Below are positions 1 to 9,455 of a stretch of 64,000 nucleotides of DNA, in pieces. Under the pieces are notes generated by a model. It was given only the letters and a program-made list of their open reading frames with translations. It made no database searches and was not told where the DNA came from. Source of the stretch: an uncultured Nitrospinota bacterium (lineage in GTDB: Bacteria > Nitrospinota > Nitrospinia > Nitrospinales > JAJDAT01); the NCBI GenBank assembly GCA_964344185.1, contig CAYFMN010000005.1, positions 65,516 through 129,515 of the forward strand, given 5' to 3'. Numbering within the stretch: position 1 is the stretch's first letter; each line of letters opens with the position of its first letter. The translations under genes and the position numbers were made by a program.

Positions 1-180
1 CAAAGCTATGGCGGCGCAGAATACCCAGATCCTTTTTTTGTAGATATCGCTTCTAAACTAAAACCTGGAAAAAATACCGTACATTTTCAAGTTAACAATT
101 TTGCCAAACCTCAGGCGCAATCTCCAGAAGACAACCCGGTCGGTTTAATTTATCGGCTCCATATAGAATACCAAGAATAA
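1..180 (+). CDS. 3' end of a CDS entering from upstream of the window (59 codons + TAA); hypothetical protein
   Basis: Frame 1 is open from base 1 to TAA at 178-180 (...NTVHFQVNNFAKPQAQSPEDNPVGLIYRLHIEYQE*). It is absent from the ORF track because it has no start inside the window. No family recognised. Confidence 0.35.
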   Translation, partial: QSYGGAEYPDPFFVDIASKLKPGKNTVHFQVNNFAKPQAQSPEDNPVGLIYRLHIEYQE

Positions 181-193
181 AAGCTTTCCTTTC

Positions 194-1321
194 ATGGACA
201 ATCAAACTATAAGGGAAGAGTTTCCCGTAGCGAAAAATAGAATATTTTTCGACCACGCTAAAGTCGCCCCAATTCCTAAAAGAACGCAAGAAGTTGTAAC
301 GGCCTTTGTTCAAGACTCTGCAAACTTTGGAACCGCTAATTACCCTGAGTGGATGGAAAAAGTCCAAAAAGTGCGAGAAAGCTTTGCGCTTTTAATAGGA
401 GCGCTGACCGAAGAAGTAGCCTTTGTGAAAAACACTTCGGAAGGATTGTCCATAGTCGCCAACGGAATTGATTGGAAATCCGGTGAAAATGTCGTCATAC
501 CAGACATTGAATTTCCCGCCAATGTTTATCCCTGGCAAAATTTAAAGCGACATGGAATAGAAACTCGGATGGTTTCTTGTCCAGACGGCAAGGTAGATTT
601 TGAAAAAATCGTCGAAGCTGTCGATGAAAAAACCCGGATTTTATCGATTAGTTCGGTTGAATGCAATAGCGGTTTTCGCAACGACTTAGCGCGCCTTGGA
701 GAGTTTTGCAAAAAAAAGGAAATTTATTTTTGCGTGGATGCTATCCAAAGTTTGGGCGCTCTACAAATAAACGTCAAAGATTACAACATAGATTTCTTAG
801 CCGCAGACGGACACAAATGGTTATTAAGCGTCGAAGGTTTAGGCGGTTTCTATATCAGTTCAAAGATGTTGGATAAAATATATCCCGTCGTTGTAGGTTG
901 GGACAGTATGGTCGACGCCTACAACTTCATGGACTACAATTTTACTTTTCGACCCGACGCTCGACGTTTCGAAGAAGGAACGTTCAACACCATGAGCATC
1001 CAAGCCTTTGGAGCTTCTCTTTCTATTTTCCATGAAATCGGTATGGAAACCGTAGAAACTCGCATTTTAGAGCTCGGTGATTATCTTATGGAGGAACTCA
1101 AAAAACGAGATCTACAAATTTACAATTCAGAAAAAACTAATGAACGCTCCGGCATCGTCGCTTTCTCTTTTGACGATCAAGATATCTTACAATTCATGAA
1201 CCAAAGAAAGGTGTCTCTTACGGTTAGAGACGGTCTTGTGAGGCTTTCGCCACACGTGTATAACACAAAAGAAGACGCTGACAAATTTTTCGAAATTTTA
1301 GACGATTATCTCTCGAGATAA
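194..1321 (+). CDS. class V (cysteine desulfurase / selenocysteine lyase-like) PLP-dependent aminotransferase
   Basis: 375-aa ORF with fold-type I PLP enzyme layout. The segment DFLAADGHKWLL carries the His-Lys PLP-lysine context typical of the class V family. Confidence 0.8.
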   Translation: MDNQTIREEFPVAKNRIFFDHAKVAPIPKRTQEVVTAFVQDSANFGTANYPEWMEKVQKVRESFALLIGALTEEVAFVKNTSEGLSIVANGIDWKSGENVVIPDIEFPANVYPWQNLKRHGIETRMVSCPDGKVDFEKIVEAVDEKTRILSISSVECNSGFRNDLARLGEFCKKKEIYFCVDAIQSLGALQINVKDYNIDFLAADGHKWLLSVEGLGGFYISSKMLDKIYPVVVGWDSMVDAYNFMDYNFTFRPDARRFEEGTFNTMSIQAFGASLSIFHEIGMETVETRILELGDYLMEELKKRDLQIYNSEKTNERSGIVAFSFDDQDILQFMNQRKVSLTVRDGLVRLSPHVYNTKEDADKFFEILDDYLSR

Positions 1322-1342
1322 ATTCTTCCTGGAAACTTAATA

Positions 1343-1831
1343 TTACGCGTTTTTATCTATTTTAGGGTAGGACTCCATGTAAAGAATCAAATCCCGTAAA
1401 CATTGGTAAAACCTATTATAGGAATAGTAATGATATTTTCCTAAATCATCTCTAAACCAAACGACCTTTTGCTTTCCTATTGCGCTTCGATCATCAAGGT
1501 GCAATCCAGGTCGATTCCAATACGGATAAATTCCGATACTCAAAAAAGTCCACTTGTAGGCTAACAACGCCTGTTCGATCACGTTGCGGGGACCAACCGC
1601 TTCAGCGATATGAAGGTCTGCCGCCAACCCATCGTAATGCAAAGAATTTTCTGAATGCCCTGAAATAGCATATCCTCCGTTATTGTGTATATACATCGGC
1701 GAACCAACTTGCGACCTAAAAAGATCAAGTTTTAAAACAAATCCCAAACTCATATCAACTTCGCCTGAATAATTTTTTGGACGGAATTCGCTTTCCGAAA
1801 AATGTTTTACCTCCGACCAGTCAAATGACAT
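1343..1831 (-). CDS. peptidase M15A family zinc peptidoglycan peptidase (endolysin-like)
   Basis: Contains the SxHxxGxAxD motif (SLHYDGLAAD) and a distal H-x-D (GLHLDD). The ORF track extends to a TTG at 1846. I prefer the ATG at 1829-1831 (MSFDWSEV...), which is preceded by AGGAAAAG. Confidence 0.75.
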   Translation of the reverse strand: MSFDWSEVKHFSESEFRPKNYSGEVDMSLGFVLKLDLFRSQVGSPMYIHNNGGYAISGHSENSLHYDGLAADLHIAEAVGPRNVIEQALLAYKWTFLSIGIYPYWNRPGLHLDDRSAIGKQKVVWFRDDLGKYHYYSYNRFYQCLRDLILYMESYPKIDKNA

Positions 1832-1854
1832 AACTTTTCCTAACAATTTTATAG

Positions 1855-1912
1855 ACGTCCCTTACCCTTCAATAATGGGGAAAAGGCAAGGGACGTTCTA
1901 GTTTAGTGGCGG
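1855..1912 (-). promoter_or_regulatory. conserved hairpin + GTTTAGTGGCGG box element, copy 1 (between fibre-like gene stop and M15A peptidase start)
   Basis: Plus-strand arms ACGTCCCTTACC (1855-1866) and GGCAAGGGACGT (1885-1896) pair at 11 of 12 positions with an 18-nt loop. GTTTAGTGGCGG follows at 1901-1912. Read on the gene strand the order is CCGCCAC, then hairpin, then AGGAAAAG, then ATG. Confidence 0.5.
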
Positions 1913-1920
1913 AGGTTTTT

Positions 1921-4176
1921 TTAAGATTTAGCTTGCAATCCCCATGAATGGAGAAATTGATCCTTGCCTTGCATGGATTGATATCGACAACGCAAATCCT
2001 GGCCTGGAGTTTGCACGCTCAAGTCAACAATTCCACGGTAGATGCGGATATCGCCAGAAAGCGGCAATCCCTGTTGAATCATAGGAGCGACTGTCCATTC
2101 TGCCCCTCCATTTCGCGAAACATAGAATGTACCCGATCCATCGAAATCAGTATGCTCAATCCGCGACCAAAGATAACCTTCGGAAGGAATAAATCCAGGA
2201 TCGTAAGTTTTACTTCGAAGATCCATCGCGCCACGCTCAGAATCGTAATTTAAACGATATTGAGAAACTGAAGGATTTTGGGAAGAATTGTTTGAATAAA
2301 GAGTTATACCTCGAACAATTGAATTAACAGCGGTCGACCATCCTCCGGTTTCTTCCCATTGCTCATCTGTTATAGCCGCAAGGTTTGTTCCCGTCATACG
2401 GTTACCAGCTTGAGTTGCAATCGATTGGGATACTGCATGAAGCATGTCGTTAATCGTGGCTGCTGTTCCAGAGTATGTCGAACTGTTGCCGCTATCGTTG
2501 TTGTATTCCCATACGGTACCGTTCTTTTTAGCAATTACGCGCCACACATTATCGATCAAATTAAAGATCTTAACTTCCGTACCGTCTACAAAACCGGAAG
2601 CAGGATCGAATACCAACCAGTAATAAACATTTTGTAAATTGAGAGTTTCCGTAACCAACCCGTTATTGATATCGGACCAAGCGGATGTATCATTAGTTTG
2701 AATCTCAGAGTCGCAAATGGATACATACTCGTTGACCGGATTAAAAATTGCGCTTTCCATAATTTCTAATTCGGTTAATTGCAACCTACTTGGCGCCCCA
2801 TGATTTGCAGTCACATTCCACCTAAGGTACCTATAAGCTGTGGTATTATCAAAGGTATATGTGCGTTTTTCTAAAACGCTCCACATTGGCACATTGGTTT
2901 GAGTATCAAGAATATCCCAACTTGAATCGTTATTAGAGCCTTCAAAAGTCCAACTTTTTGCAGACTCGGTTTGAATTCGGTTTGGATCTCCATTCCAACA
3001 AACCATTGTATACTGGATAGGAATCATCGATTGACCTGCTCCCGCATCAACCTTAATCCAATCGGTTGAAGCCATTGAAACACAAGCTTGGTCGTTTCCC
3101 GTTAAATCGTTAAAGGCTCTTGAAGGCACATAGACCGAGTTTGCGTTACCTGCACTATAAGTTTTTCCTGGGGTGACGTCAGATCCAACTCCGGCGTCTA
3201 CTACATTTAGTTTTATGCTTTCGGAATCAAATTTCGTCAATGTAATAACATAATGGCTAGCGCCAGTTGTTCCCGAAAAATTGGAATACAACGTTAACGT
3301 ATTAGTTCCTTGACCGGCGCTAATATCATAATAAATTTCGTCGCTCGATTTAATCCTCCCATTGTCACAATTGGCCGGAAATGTTCCCGAAATTAAAGTT
3401 ACTTGATTGCTCCCATTAGTAAATGTTGCTAGCGAAGTATTCTGATTCACGTTGGTCCATTCTTGCTGTATATAGTTTGAATCAGTGTCGTAATTTTTAT
3501 CTGAGATTAGACCGATCCCTGGATTCGTTCCTTTGTACAGTTTATTAGTATTGTCATGTTGGTATCCGATAGAGTTTGCCTCGTCTGCTCCCTGTTCGTT
3601 TTCATTTGAAAAAGAATCCGACCAACCCGCTTCCATCAACAACGAACCGCCATGGTTCTCTTGAATTTCTTCAAACGCTCTCATGATATTGCTGGTATTC
3701 AATTCTGTTTGATCTTGATCAACTTTGGGATTGATCAATTGAAAATTGATTCCGTCATAAAACAAAAAACAAACAGCCTCAGATAAAATATCTCCTGGTT
3801 TTAGATTGCTCCCATCGGTTTTTTTTATCGCTTTGACGCCAAGAGAATTTACGTTCAAAGTTGCAGAGCCCGTATTTTGAACATGGGCTTTCATATGAAC
3901 CAGCAAGCCAGTATTTAATGCTGTCGGAGCAGGATTTAAAATAACTTCGTAAGCCGCTCCACTTCCAGTTGAATCCGCATGCCACAAAAAGCCATTTTGG
4001 GTATTTTGAGTTAAAGTAGTTATATCGGTCGAAAGAGTTCCCGTAGTCGCGTATAAATCGTTAATGTCCGTGTCAATGTCGACAAATGCGTCATTTAGCC
4101 GCACAACATCTTCTCTCAATTTATTATCGGCATGCGGTAATGGATAATTGCGATTAGAGGTTTTCTGGTCTATCAT
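1921..4176 (-). CDS. phage-tail-fibre-like modular protein with discoidin (F5/8 type C)-like central module (paralogue A)
   Basis: 751-aa ORF. The N-terminus (MIDQKTSNRNYPLPHADNKL...TLNVNSLGVKAIKK...YDGINFQL) resembles tail-fibre N-terminal regions. The central segment ending YRYLRWNV...LTELEI is discoidin-like. The N- and C-termini are clearly paralogous to 58807..60324 and 56895..58847, and both proteins end in the same ...DQFLHSWGLQAKS. Confidence 0.7.
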   Translation of the reverse strand: MIDQKTSNRNYPLPHADNKLREDVVRLNDAFVDIDTDINDLYATTGTLSTDITTLTQNTQNGFLWHADSTGSGAAYEVILNPAPTALNTGLLVHMKAHVQNTGSATLNVNSLGVKAIKKTDGSNLKPGDILSEAVCFLFYDGINFQLINPKVDQDQTELNTSNIMRAFEEIQENHGGSLLMEAGWSDSFSNENEQGADEANSIGYQHDNTNKLYKGTNPGIGLISDKNYDTDSNYIQQEWTNVNQNTSLATFTNGSNQVTLISGTFPANCDNGRIKSSDEIYYDISAGQGTNTLTLYSNFSGTTGASHYVITLTKFDSESIKLNVVDAGVGSDVTPGKTYSAGNANSVYVPSRAFNDLTGNDQACVSMASTDWIKVDAGAGQSMIPIQYTMVCWNGDPNRIQTESAKSWTFEGSNNDSSWDILDTQTNVPMWSVLEKRTYTFDNTTAYRYLRWNVTANHGAPSRLQLTELEIMESAIFNPVNEYVSICDSEIQTNDTSAWSDINNGLVTETLNLQNVYYWLVFDPASGFVDGTEVKIFNLIDNVWRVIAKKNGTVWEYNNDSGNSSTYSGTAATINDMLHAVSQSIATQAGNRMTGTNLAAITDEQWEETGGWSTAVNSIVRGITLYSNNSSQNPSVSQYRLNYDSERGAMDLRSKTYDPGFIPSEGYLWSRIEHTDFDGSGTFYVSRNGGAEWTVAPMIQQGLPLSGDIRIYRGIVDLSVQTPGQDLRCRYQSMQGKDQFLHSWGLQAKS

Positions 4177-4206
4177 TTTTTAGGTTCCTTTAAATACATA
4201 AAATCA

Positions 4207-4260
4207 TTTTTTGTCATTTAACAAGGGGGAAAAACAAAAAACGATTCAATTTTGTGGCGG
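4207..4260 (-). promoter_or_regulatory. hairpin + GTGGCGG box element, copy 2 (upstream of fibre-like paralogue A)
   Basis: TTTTTTGT (4207-4214) and ACAAAAAA (4234-4241) flank a 19-nt loop containing ACAAGGGGGAAAA. GTGGCGG lies at 4254-4260. This stem is weaker (A/T only) than in the other copies. Confidence 0.35.
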
Positions 4261-4646
4261 GGTTGTTTTATAAATTTTTTTCAATATTGTTTTCTGATGA
4301 AGAGTTTAAATATCCTTATATGGATATTAAAGATTATATTTTTATTTAAATTCATCATTAGTTTCTTCGGTTGATTAAATATAAGCCCTTACCTATTATG
4401 AAAAATTTAGGGTTCGGAATTAAGAAAACCTTTAAAATTAATGAGTTATAATAAAAAAAATAAAGGTAACCCGTCAAAATTGTCAATATTGAAACAATTT
4501 AAGAAAGAACTAAAGGAGGGACTATTATCAAAAACCGTTATAACTTAAAGTAAATGGAGAAATAACTTCATCGGAAAGAATTTTCCAAAAAACTCGTTAA
4601 GTTCAAGGTAGGAAATATGGAAGGATTCTTAAAATTATGCTTTTAA

Positions 4647-5615
4647 CTAAGTTTTTTGATTGGATTCCGCCTGGAAGGACACCAGTTCTGGCTTAAACGT
4701 TTTGAAGTAAAAAAAGACCCCAAACGCGGAAAGGAAAATTACAACAGCTCTAAGGAGCATCACCACTTCCGCCCCTTGGGCCGTGTTAAATAAGGAAAAA
4801 ATTTCAGATCCCACCGTGTCGCTAACTCCCAATCCTAAAGGAGTAACTGGAACAACTCTAGATAAAATAACAAAGGGCATAACGCAAGAAACAATAAGGG
4901 GCCCAATTAATGATCCAAACGTCATGAAACTAAAGTAAGCCGCAAAAATAACGCACACATGCCCCAAAATTGACAACAAAAGAGAAAGCGCTAAAGTCGA
5001 AAAATGATTACGATAACTTTGCATTGCTAACGCAAAATTAGCTACCGCATTGAATCGTTTTAAAAATGGCAGCTTTTTAAATCCTCTTCTGCTACATATC
5101 AAAGCTAATCCAATCACCGAAATAAATAAAAGTAAAACGCTAAACCATAAAAGGTATTCCAGGTTTTTCTGATTACCCTCCACAAACATAAAAATGGCTC
5201 CAGAGATTGGAGCAATAAGCATAAGACCAAGTAATCCAGCTGAGCGATCCATAATAATACTTGAAAGTATTAAACTCTTTCTGGACGCTAAGTTTTCACA
5301 CTTTGATAAATGATAAAATCGAATCGCTTCAATACCAAGACTACCTGGAACAAAGATATTAGCGAAATATCCCATAAAACCAAGATGCATCGTTTCAAAA
5401 AACGTTAAGTAAATGCCATGAGGACGCAGTAATAATTGCCAACGCAACAAGGTGATTATCAGCATAGCCAATTGGCCAATAAATACGCCAAGCAAAGGCA
5501 AACTAAATTGAAGCGTTAAAAACCTTTCAAAATCCAGACGATCAGAAGCCACAAGCCAATAAAGCAAACCCAAAGCGACCGCTAGCCGAAGTATATTTTT
5601 AATTATGGGATTCAT
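4647..5615 (-). CDS. polytopic membrane protein, UPF0104 / lysylphosphatidylglycerol-synthase-TM ('flippase-like') family
   Basis: 322 aa with about 8 hydrophobic spans. The N-terminal region (LAVALGLLYWLV...LRWQLLL) is typical of the family. It is the last gene of the minus-strand glycan operon and is paralogous in architecture to 54241..55281. Confidence 0.6.
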   Translation of the reverse strand: MNPIIKNILRLAVALGLLYWLVASDRLDFERFLTLQFSLPLLGVFIGQLAMLIITLLRWQLLLRPHGIYLTFFETMHLGFMGYFANIFVPGSLGIEAIRFYHLSKCENLASRKSLILSSIIMDRSAGLLGLMLIAPISGAIFMFVEGNQKNLEYLLWFSVLLLFISVIGLALICSRRGFKKLPFLKRFNAVANFALAMQSYRNHFSTLALSLLLSILGHVCVIFAAYFSFMTFGSLIGPLIVSCVMPFVILSRVVPVTPLGLGVSDTVGSEIFSLFNTAQGAEVVMLLRAVVIFLSAFGVFFYFKTFKPELVSFQAESNQKT

Positions 5616-5632
5616 AGGAAAATTAGGTAAGG

Positions 5633-6640
5633 TTAATTAACTCGCATACCGTATTTCTCTTTTTCGACAATAGAAAGCGTTTCTTCGATAGAGTTTCCTT
5701 TATCGCGGGCATTGAAAAGAATTTGGCCCACTTTCAGCCCGCCCGATTGCAACCTAACTATTGGTTCAACTCCTAGAGAAGAGAGAATAAGTCCCATATG
5801 TCCTGGTTCAGGTTCTTGCTCTGGGAGCCAACGCGTTTCAAAATAAGAACGATCAACATCTCCCCAAAGCTGGCAACATAACGGAGGTTTGCCAGGTAAG
5901 TTCAGCGACATAAGATCGAGATTTCCACCGGAAATAGAAGGAGTGTGGGCAAAAACAATTACATCGATGATATGGTCAGAAAAATTCGTTTGGTCCAGTA
6001 CATTAGCGCCCATTCCAGTAAGAGTTTTTCTTACATACGGGCCAAAATCATTATCAGAAATCAAAAGAATATTATTGCCAACAATCTCCAAGCCCGCTTC
6101 CAGTAAAGCTTGGGCAACTACTGGTCCTAGATATTCAAAAACTCCAATGTCTGGATGTCTTTCATTTGTTCCAGCTACAGGAATGCCATGTTCCTTGCAA
6201 GCGTCAAGAGAAACGTCTATTGGTCGAAATTCCCAAGCCTCGTACATAAGAGGAATAACACACCCCGCTTTCATTTTACTTATTTTATTAAAGTCTAAAG
6301 GTCGAAGATGGCCGCTATTAGTAACAATACATGCTTCTTCAAAACTTTTTTCGAGTTTTGCAGGGTCGTTTGTAATCACAAGAGTTTTCTGATTCAACGA
6401 TAAAACATCGGCGAAACTTAAAACATCGGCGCGAGCTTCCTCAAAAGAACCAAATTGACTATCTTTACCAAAAGCGATAACTTTTTCAGCGCCCGCTAAC
6501 AAAGCAATTATCGGAGTGCATGCATATATCCCAGTAGCGCATTCCGTAATAACAGTCATACCTTTCAAATCAATTTGCAAACGAGCGACAGCGGCTTCAA
6601 TCGAGCTTGTCATTCGGAAAAGCAAAAAATTATCTAGCAA
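5633..6640 (-). CDS. hypothetical protein (possible Rossmann-like two-domain enzyme) in the glycan operon
   Basis: 335-aa ORF whose start overlaps the stop of the upstream DegT gene by 7 nt, suggesting coupling. No family recognised. Confidence 0.55.
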   Translation of the reverse strand: MLDNFLLFRMTSSIEAAVARLQIDLKGMTVITECATGIYACTPIIALLAGAEKVIAFGKDSQFGSFEEARADVLSFADVLSLNQKTLVITNDPAKLEKSFEEACIVTNSGHLRPLDFNKISKMKAGCVIPLMYEAWEFRPIDVSLDACKEHGIPVAGTNERHPDIGVFEYLGPVVAQALLEAGLEIVGNNILLISDNDFGPYVRKTLTGMGANVLDQTNFSDHIIDVIVFAHTPSISGGNLDLMSLNLPGKPPLCCQLWGDVDRSYFETRWLPEQEPEPGHMGLILSSLGVEPIVRLQSGGLKVGQILFNARDKGNSIEETLSIVEKEKYGMRVN

Positions 6641-7911
6641 GACGGCGCCTTATGTATTGTTTCAGAAATAGTATTTAAATCTTCTTTTGTCATACCAGGG
6701 AAAAAAGGCAGGAGGACAACATTATCGCGAGCTTCTTCCGAAGATTTTAAATTTTCCCAATGGCCCGCATACGGCAGCTCTTGATGCGCATTCATAATGC
6801 CACGACGCGTTGGAATTCCTTTATCAAGCAGGTACTGCATAAACGCTTTTTGTTTGAGAGGAGCGTTTTCAAGAAGACGAATGGGATAACTCTGCCAATT
6901 AGAACGAACCGTGTTTGGACTTTTTAAAGTAGATAACCAACTGATATCAGAAAGAAGCTTTTCATATTGCGCGGCTAAATTCCTGCGTTCTTTCACAATA
7001 TTTTTAAGCTTTTTTAATTGTTCGATTCCAACTGCGGCTTGAATATCGGTTATTCTAAAATTAAAACCGGTTGTTAAATAGTCTTCGAAAATAACCTCTT
7101 TTGCCTTATGCCGCACAGTATCGGGCACACTCATACCATGTTGCCGCAACAATCGAAATTTGGAATCGTAATCCGAATTGTTGGTAGTCAGCATACCTCC
7201 ATCGCCAGTAGTAATGACTTTACGAGGATGAAAACTAAAGCAAGCAATCTCTCCATGAGGTTTGCCAATTTTGTCCCATGATTTTCCGTCGTCAAGAGAA
7301 ACTTCGCTGCCAATGGCGCAAGCTGCATCTTCAACCACCGGTAATTTAAATTCTTTGGCGATCTCCACAATTCGCTTAATGTCGCAAGGCGTTCCTATCT
7401 GGTGTACTACAAGGATAGCGGTAACACGTCCGAGATTGGATGAGTTTCCCTCAGCAAGTTGAGTTAAAAATTTAAGTGGGGATTCTTCCGAAACAATTCG
7501 ATCTAATCGCTTGTAATAAAATTTTCCATCGCGTTTGATACAATCTTTGGCTAGAAGCTCATTTAGCGCTTCCGGGCACATGTTGTAAGTTGCTGGATCA
7601 ATATCTACAAAAACCGGTTCTGCTCCGCAGAATCGAATAGAATTAGCAGTGGCGATAAAACTATGGCTTACGGTTATAACAACATCGCCTAAACCAACGC
7701 CGATAGTTTTTAAACCCATTTGTAAGGCGGTTGTACAACTAGAAACTGCGCACGCGTAGGAAGCTCCTACAAAATTGGCGAAGTCGTCTTCAAACTGTTT
7801 TACCTTGGGTCCTTGAGTAACCCATTGCGAAAGAATCGCATCGCGAGCGGCGGCGGCTTCTTCTTCCCCTAAATTGGGCCGCGCAAAGGGAATCATTTTT
7901 AAATTTTCCAA
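6634..7911 (-). CDS. DegT/DnrJ/EryC1/StrS family sugar aminotransferase
   Basis: 425 aa. Has the family PLP-lysine context FSFHPRKVITTGDGGML and an N-terminal motif of the form PFARP...E..A......S.W.T.GP.V..FE. Confidence 0.85.
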   Translation of the reverse strand: MENLKMIPFARPNLGEEEAAAARDAILSQWVTQGPKVKQFEDDFANFVGASYACAVSSCTTALQMGLKTIGVGLGDVVITVSHSFIATANSIRFCGAEPVFVDIDPATYNMCPEALNELLAKDCIKRDGKFYYKRLDRIVSEESPLKFLTQLAEGNSSNLGRVTAILVVHQIGTPCDIKRIVEIAKEFKLPVVEDAACAIGSEVSLDDGKSWDKIGKPHGEIACFSFHPRKVITTGDGGMLTTNNSDYDSKFRLLRQHGMSVPDTVRHKAKEVIFEDYLTTGFNFRITDIQAAVGIEQLKKLKNIVKERRNLAAQYEKLLSDISWLSTLKSPNTVRSNWQSYPIRLLENAPLKQKAFMQYLLDKGIPTRRGIMNAHQELPYAGHWENLKSSEEARDNVVLLPFFPGMTKEDLNTISETIHKAPSC

Positions 7912-8903
7912 TTTCGCCCAACTTCCAATTGGTTTAATTTATCGATTCCAAAAGGATGATTGCGAAAATAATTGATCGTTTGATCCAAGCCTGTTTCAAA
8001 ATCTGTCTGCGGAAGCCAGTCGGAAAATTGCATAAATGCAGACGGGTCGGAATAAAGCCGTAAAACGTCTCCAGGTCGGTCGTCGGTAAATGTCATCTTT
8101 ACGTCTGGATTACCAACCTTTTCAACCAATTTTTCTGCCAAATCTTTTATAGAGATTTCAAATCGGCTGCCAATATTAAAAACTTTGCCTGTCATTTTTT
8201 CAGACTCTGCCGCGGCGATCAAACCTCGGGCCGTATCTTCTACGTAGGTAAAATCCCTGGTTTGACTACCATCTCCAAATATCAGTATTTCTTTACCGCC
8301 CAAAGCTCGCACGATAGACTTTGGAATCATCTCTCCAGAATCACCCTCGTAATGTGAACGAGGACCATACGTATTGAAAGGTCTAATCACCATCGTGTTC
8401 ATTCCATAAGTTTCATGGTAGGCCAAAGTGTACTTTTCGCCGGCAAGTTTACTTGCTCCATATACTGTTGACGGCTTTGTCGGATGATTCTCGTCCATTG
8501 GAACTGTTTCAGCCGTTCCATAAACTTCCGAACTAGAACAATAAATAAGCCGTTCCACTCCAACTTGTCGAGCAGCTTCGCAAATCATTAACGTTCCTGT
8601 TCCATTGGTTCGCTGGTTTTCTAAAGGAAAGGAGAGAGAATGACGCACGCCAAGGCAAGCCAGATGAAACACAATATCTATATCCGCTAAAGCGATACTA
8701 GCGTCTTTTTGATCCGCAACGTCTCCTTCAATGAATTCAAAATTTTGATTACCCTCATGATGCACTATATTTGAGTGTTTTCCATTGCTCAAATTATCGA
8801 GGACTCTAACTCGGCAACCTTTTTCCATTAATTTATCTACAAGGTGCGAACCAATGAAACCTGCTCCGCCTGTGACTAAACAATGCTTTTCTTGAAGCGA
8901 CAT
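7899..8903 (-). CDS. NAD-dependent nucleotide-sugar epimerase/dehydratase (extended SDR)
   Basis: Has VTGGAGFIGSHLV (Rossmann GxxGxxG) and catalytic YGASKLAGE (YxxxK). The ORF track starts at 8957. I prefer the ATG at 8901-8903 (MSLQEKHCLVTGG...), which removes the overlap with the upstream acetyltransferase stop at 8909. Confidence 0.85.
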   Translation of the reverse strand: MSLQEKHCLVTGGAGFIGSHLVDKLMEKGCRVRVLDNLSNGKHSNIVHHEGNQNFEFIEGDVADQKDASIALADIDIVFHLACLGVRHSLSFPLENQRTNGTGTLMICEAARQVGVERLIYCSSSEVYGTAETVPMDENHPTKPSTVYGASKLAGEKYTLAYHETYGMNTMVIRPFNTYGPRSHYEGDSGEMIPKSIVRALGGKEILIFGDGSQTRDFTYVEDTARGLIAAAESEKMTGKVFNIGSRFEISIKDLAEKLVEKVGNPDVKMTFTDDRPGDVLRLYSDPSAFMQFSDWLPQTDFETGLDQTINYFRNHPFGIDKLNQLEVGRNWKI

Positions 8904-8908
8904 TTTAA

Positions 8909-9391
8909 TTATCCGGTTTCTACGTTTTTCAAAAATCGAGCTGGGGTACCAACCCAAACTTGCGATGGAGGAACATCCTTAGTTACTACGCTACCCGCTC
9001 CTATAATCGCTTTCTTTCCTATAGTAACGCCGCACATAATCGTTACACTGGAACCTATTGAAACTTCGTCTTCCACGACTATTGGCACGACAGACCAATC
9101 TGCATCAGTTTGCATAGATCCATCGGGATTGGTAGCCGCTGGATATTTATCGTTTATAAAGGTAACATTGTGACCAATAAAAACTCGATTATGAATCGTC
9201 ACTCCCTCGCAAATAAAACTGTGACTGGAAATCTTGCAGTCGGCGCCAATAGAAGCTCCCTTTTGGATTTCAACGAAAGTACCGATTTTTGTGCGATCGC
9301 CGATTTCGCACCCATAAGCGTTAACAAAGTTATAGATCTTTACATCCTTGCCTAACTTAACGTCTTGGGCAATTCCCTGAAACATTTCCAT
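8909..9391 (-). CDS. left-handed beta-helix (hexapeptide-repeat) sugar N-acetyltransferase, WbpD-like
   Basis: 160 aa with repeated [LIV]G-x4 hexapeptide pattern (IGDRTKIGTFVEIQKGASIGADCKISSHSFI...). Confidence 0.8.
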   Translation of the reverse strand: MEMFQGIAQDVKLGKDVKIYNFVNAYGCEIGDRTKIGTFVEIQKGASIGADCKISSHSFICEGVTIHNRVFIGHNVTFINDKYPAATNPDGSMQTDADWSVVPIVVEDEVSIGSSVTIMCGVTIGKKAIIGAGSVVTKDVPPSQVWVGTPARFLKNVETG

Positions 9392-9455
9392 GAAATTTCT
9401 CTCAATTTACCAAGGTTAGGGAAATATCCATTTCAAAAAAGGTTCTAACAATACG

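Noticed and set aside
1906-1912. Similarity of the CCTCCGCCAC box (reverse complement) to the 3' end of tRNA-Ser (CTCTCCGCCA), hinting at an att site
   Set aside because: Only about 8 nt are shared, the hairpin is on the wrong side to mimic a T-arm/acceptor order, and no integrase is present. This is probably chance.
1921-4176. Diversity-generating retroelement (DGR) targeting the variable fibre-like proteins
   Set aside because: No reverse transcriptase and no template-repeat/variable-repeat pair with A-specific mismatches could be found in the window. Variation between paralogues is by whole-module gain and loss, not by localised A-to-N substitution.
5889-6392. Long antisense ORFs inside confidently assigned genes (for example 5889..6392, 11144..11470, 15311..15655, 18534..18830, 41118..41649, 48950..49366, 60854..61180)
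   Set aside because: Each lies fully within, and opposite to or out of frame with, a longer ORF that has clear family motifs. Their compositions are typical shadow-frame artefacts.
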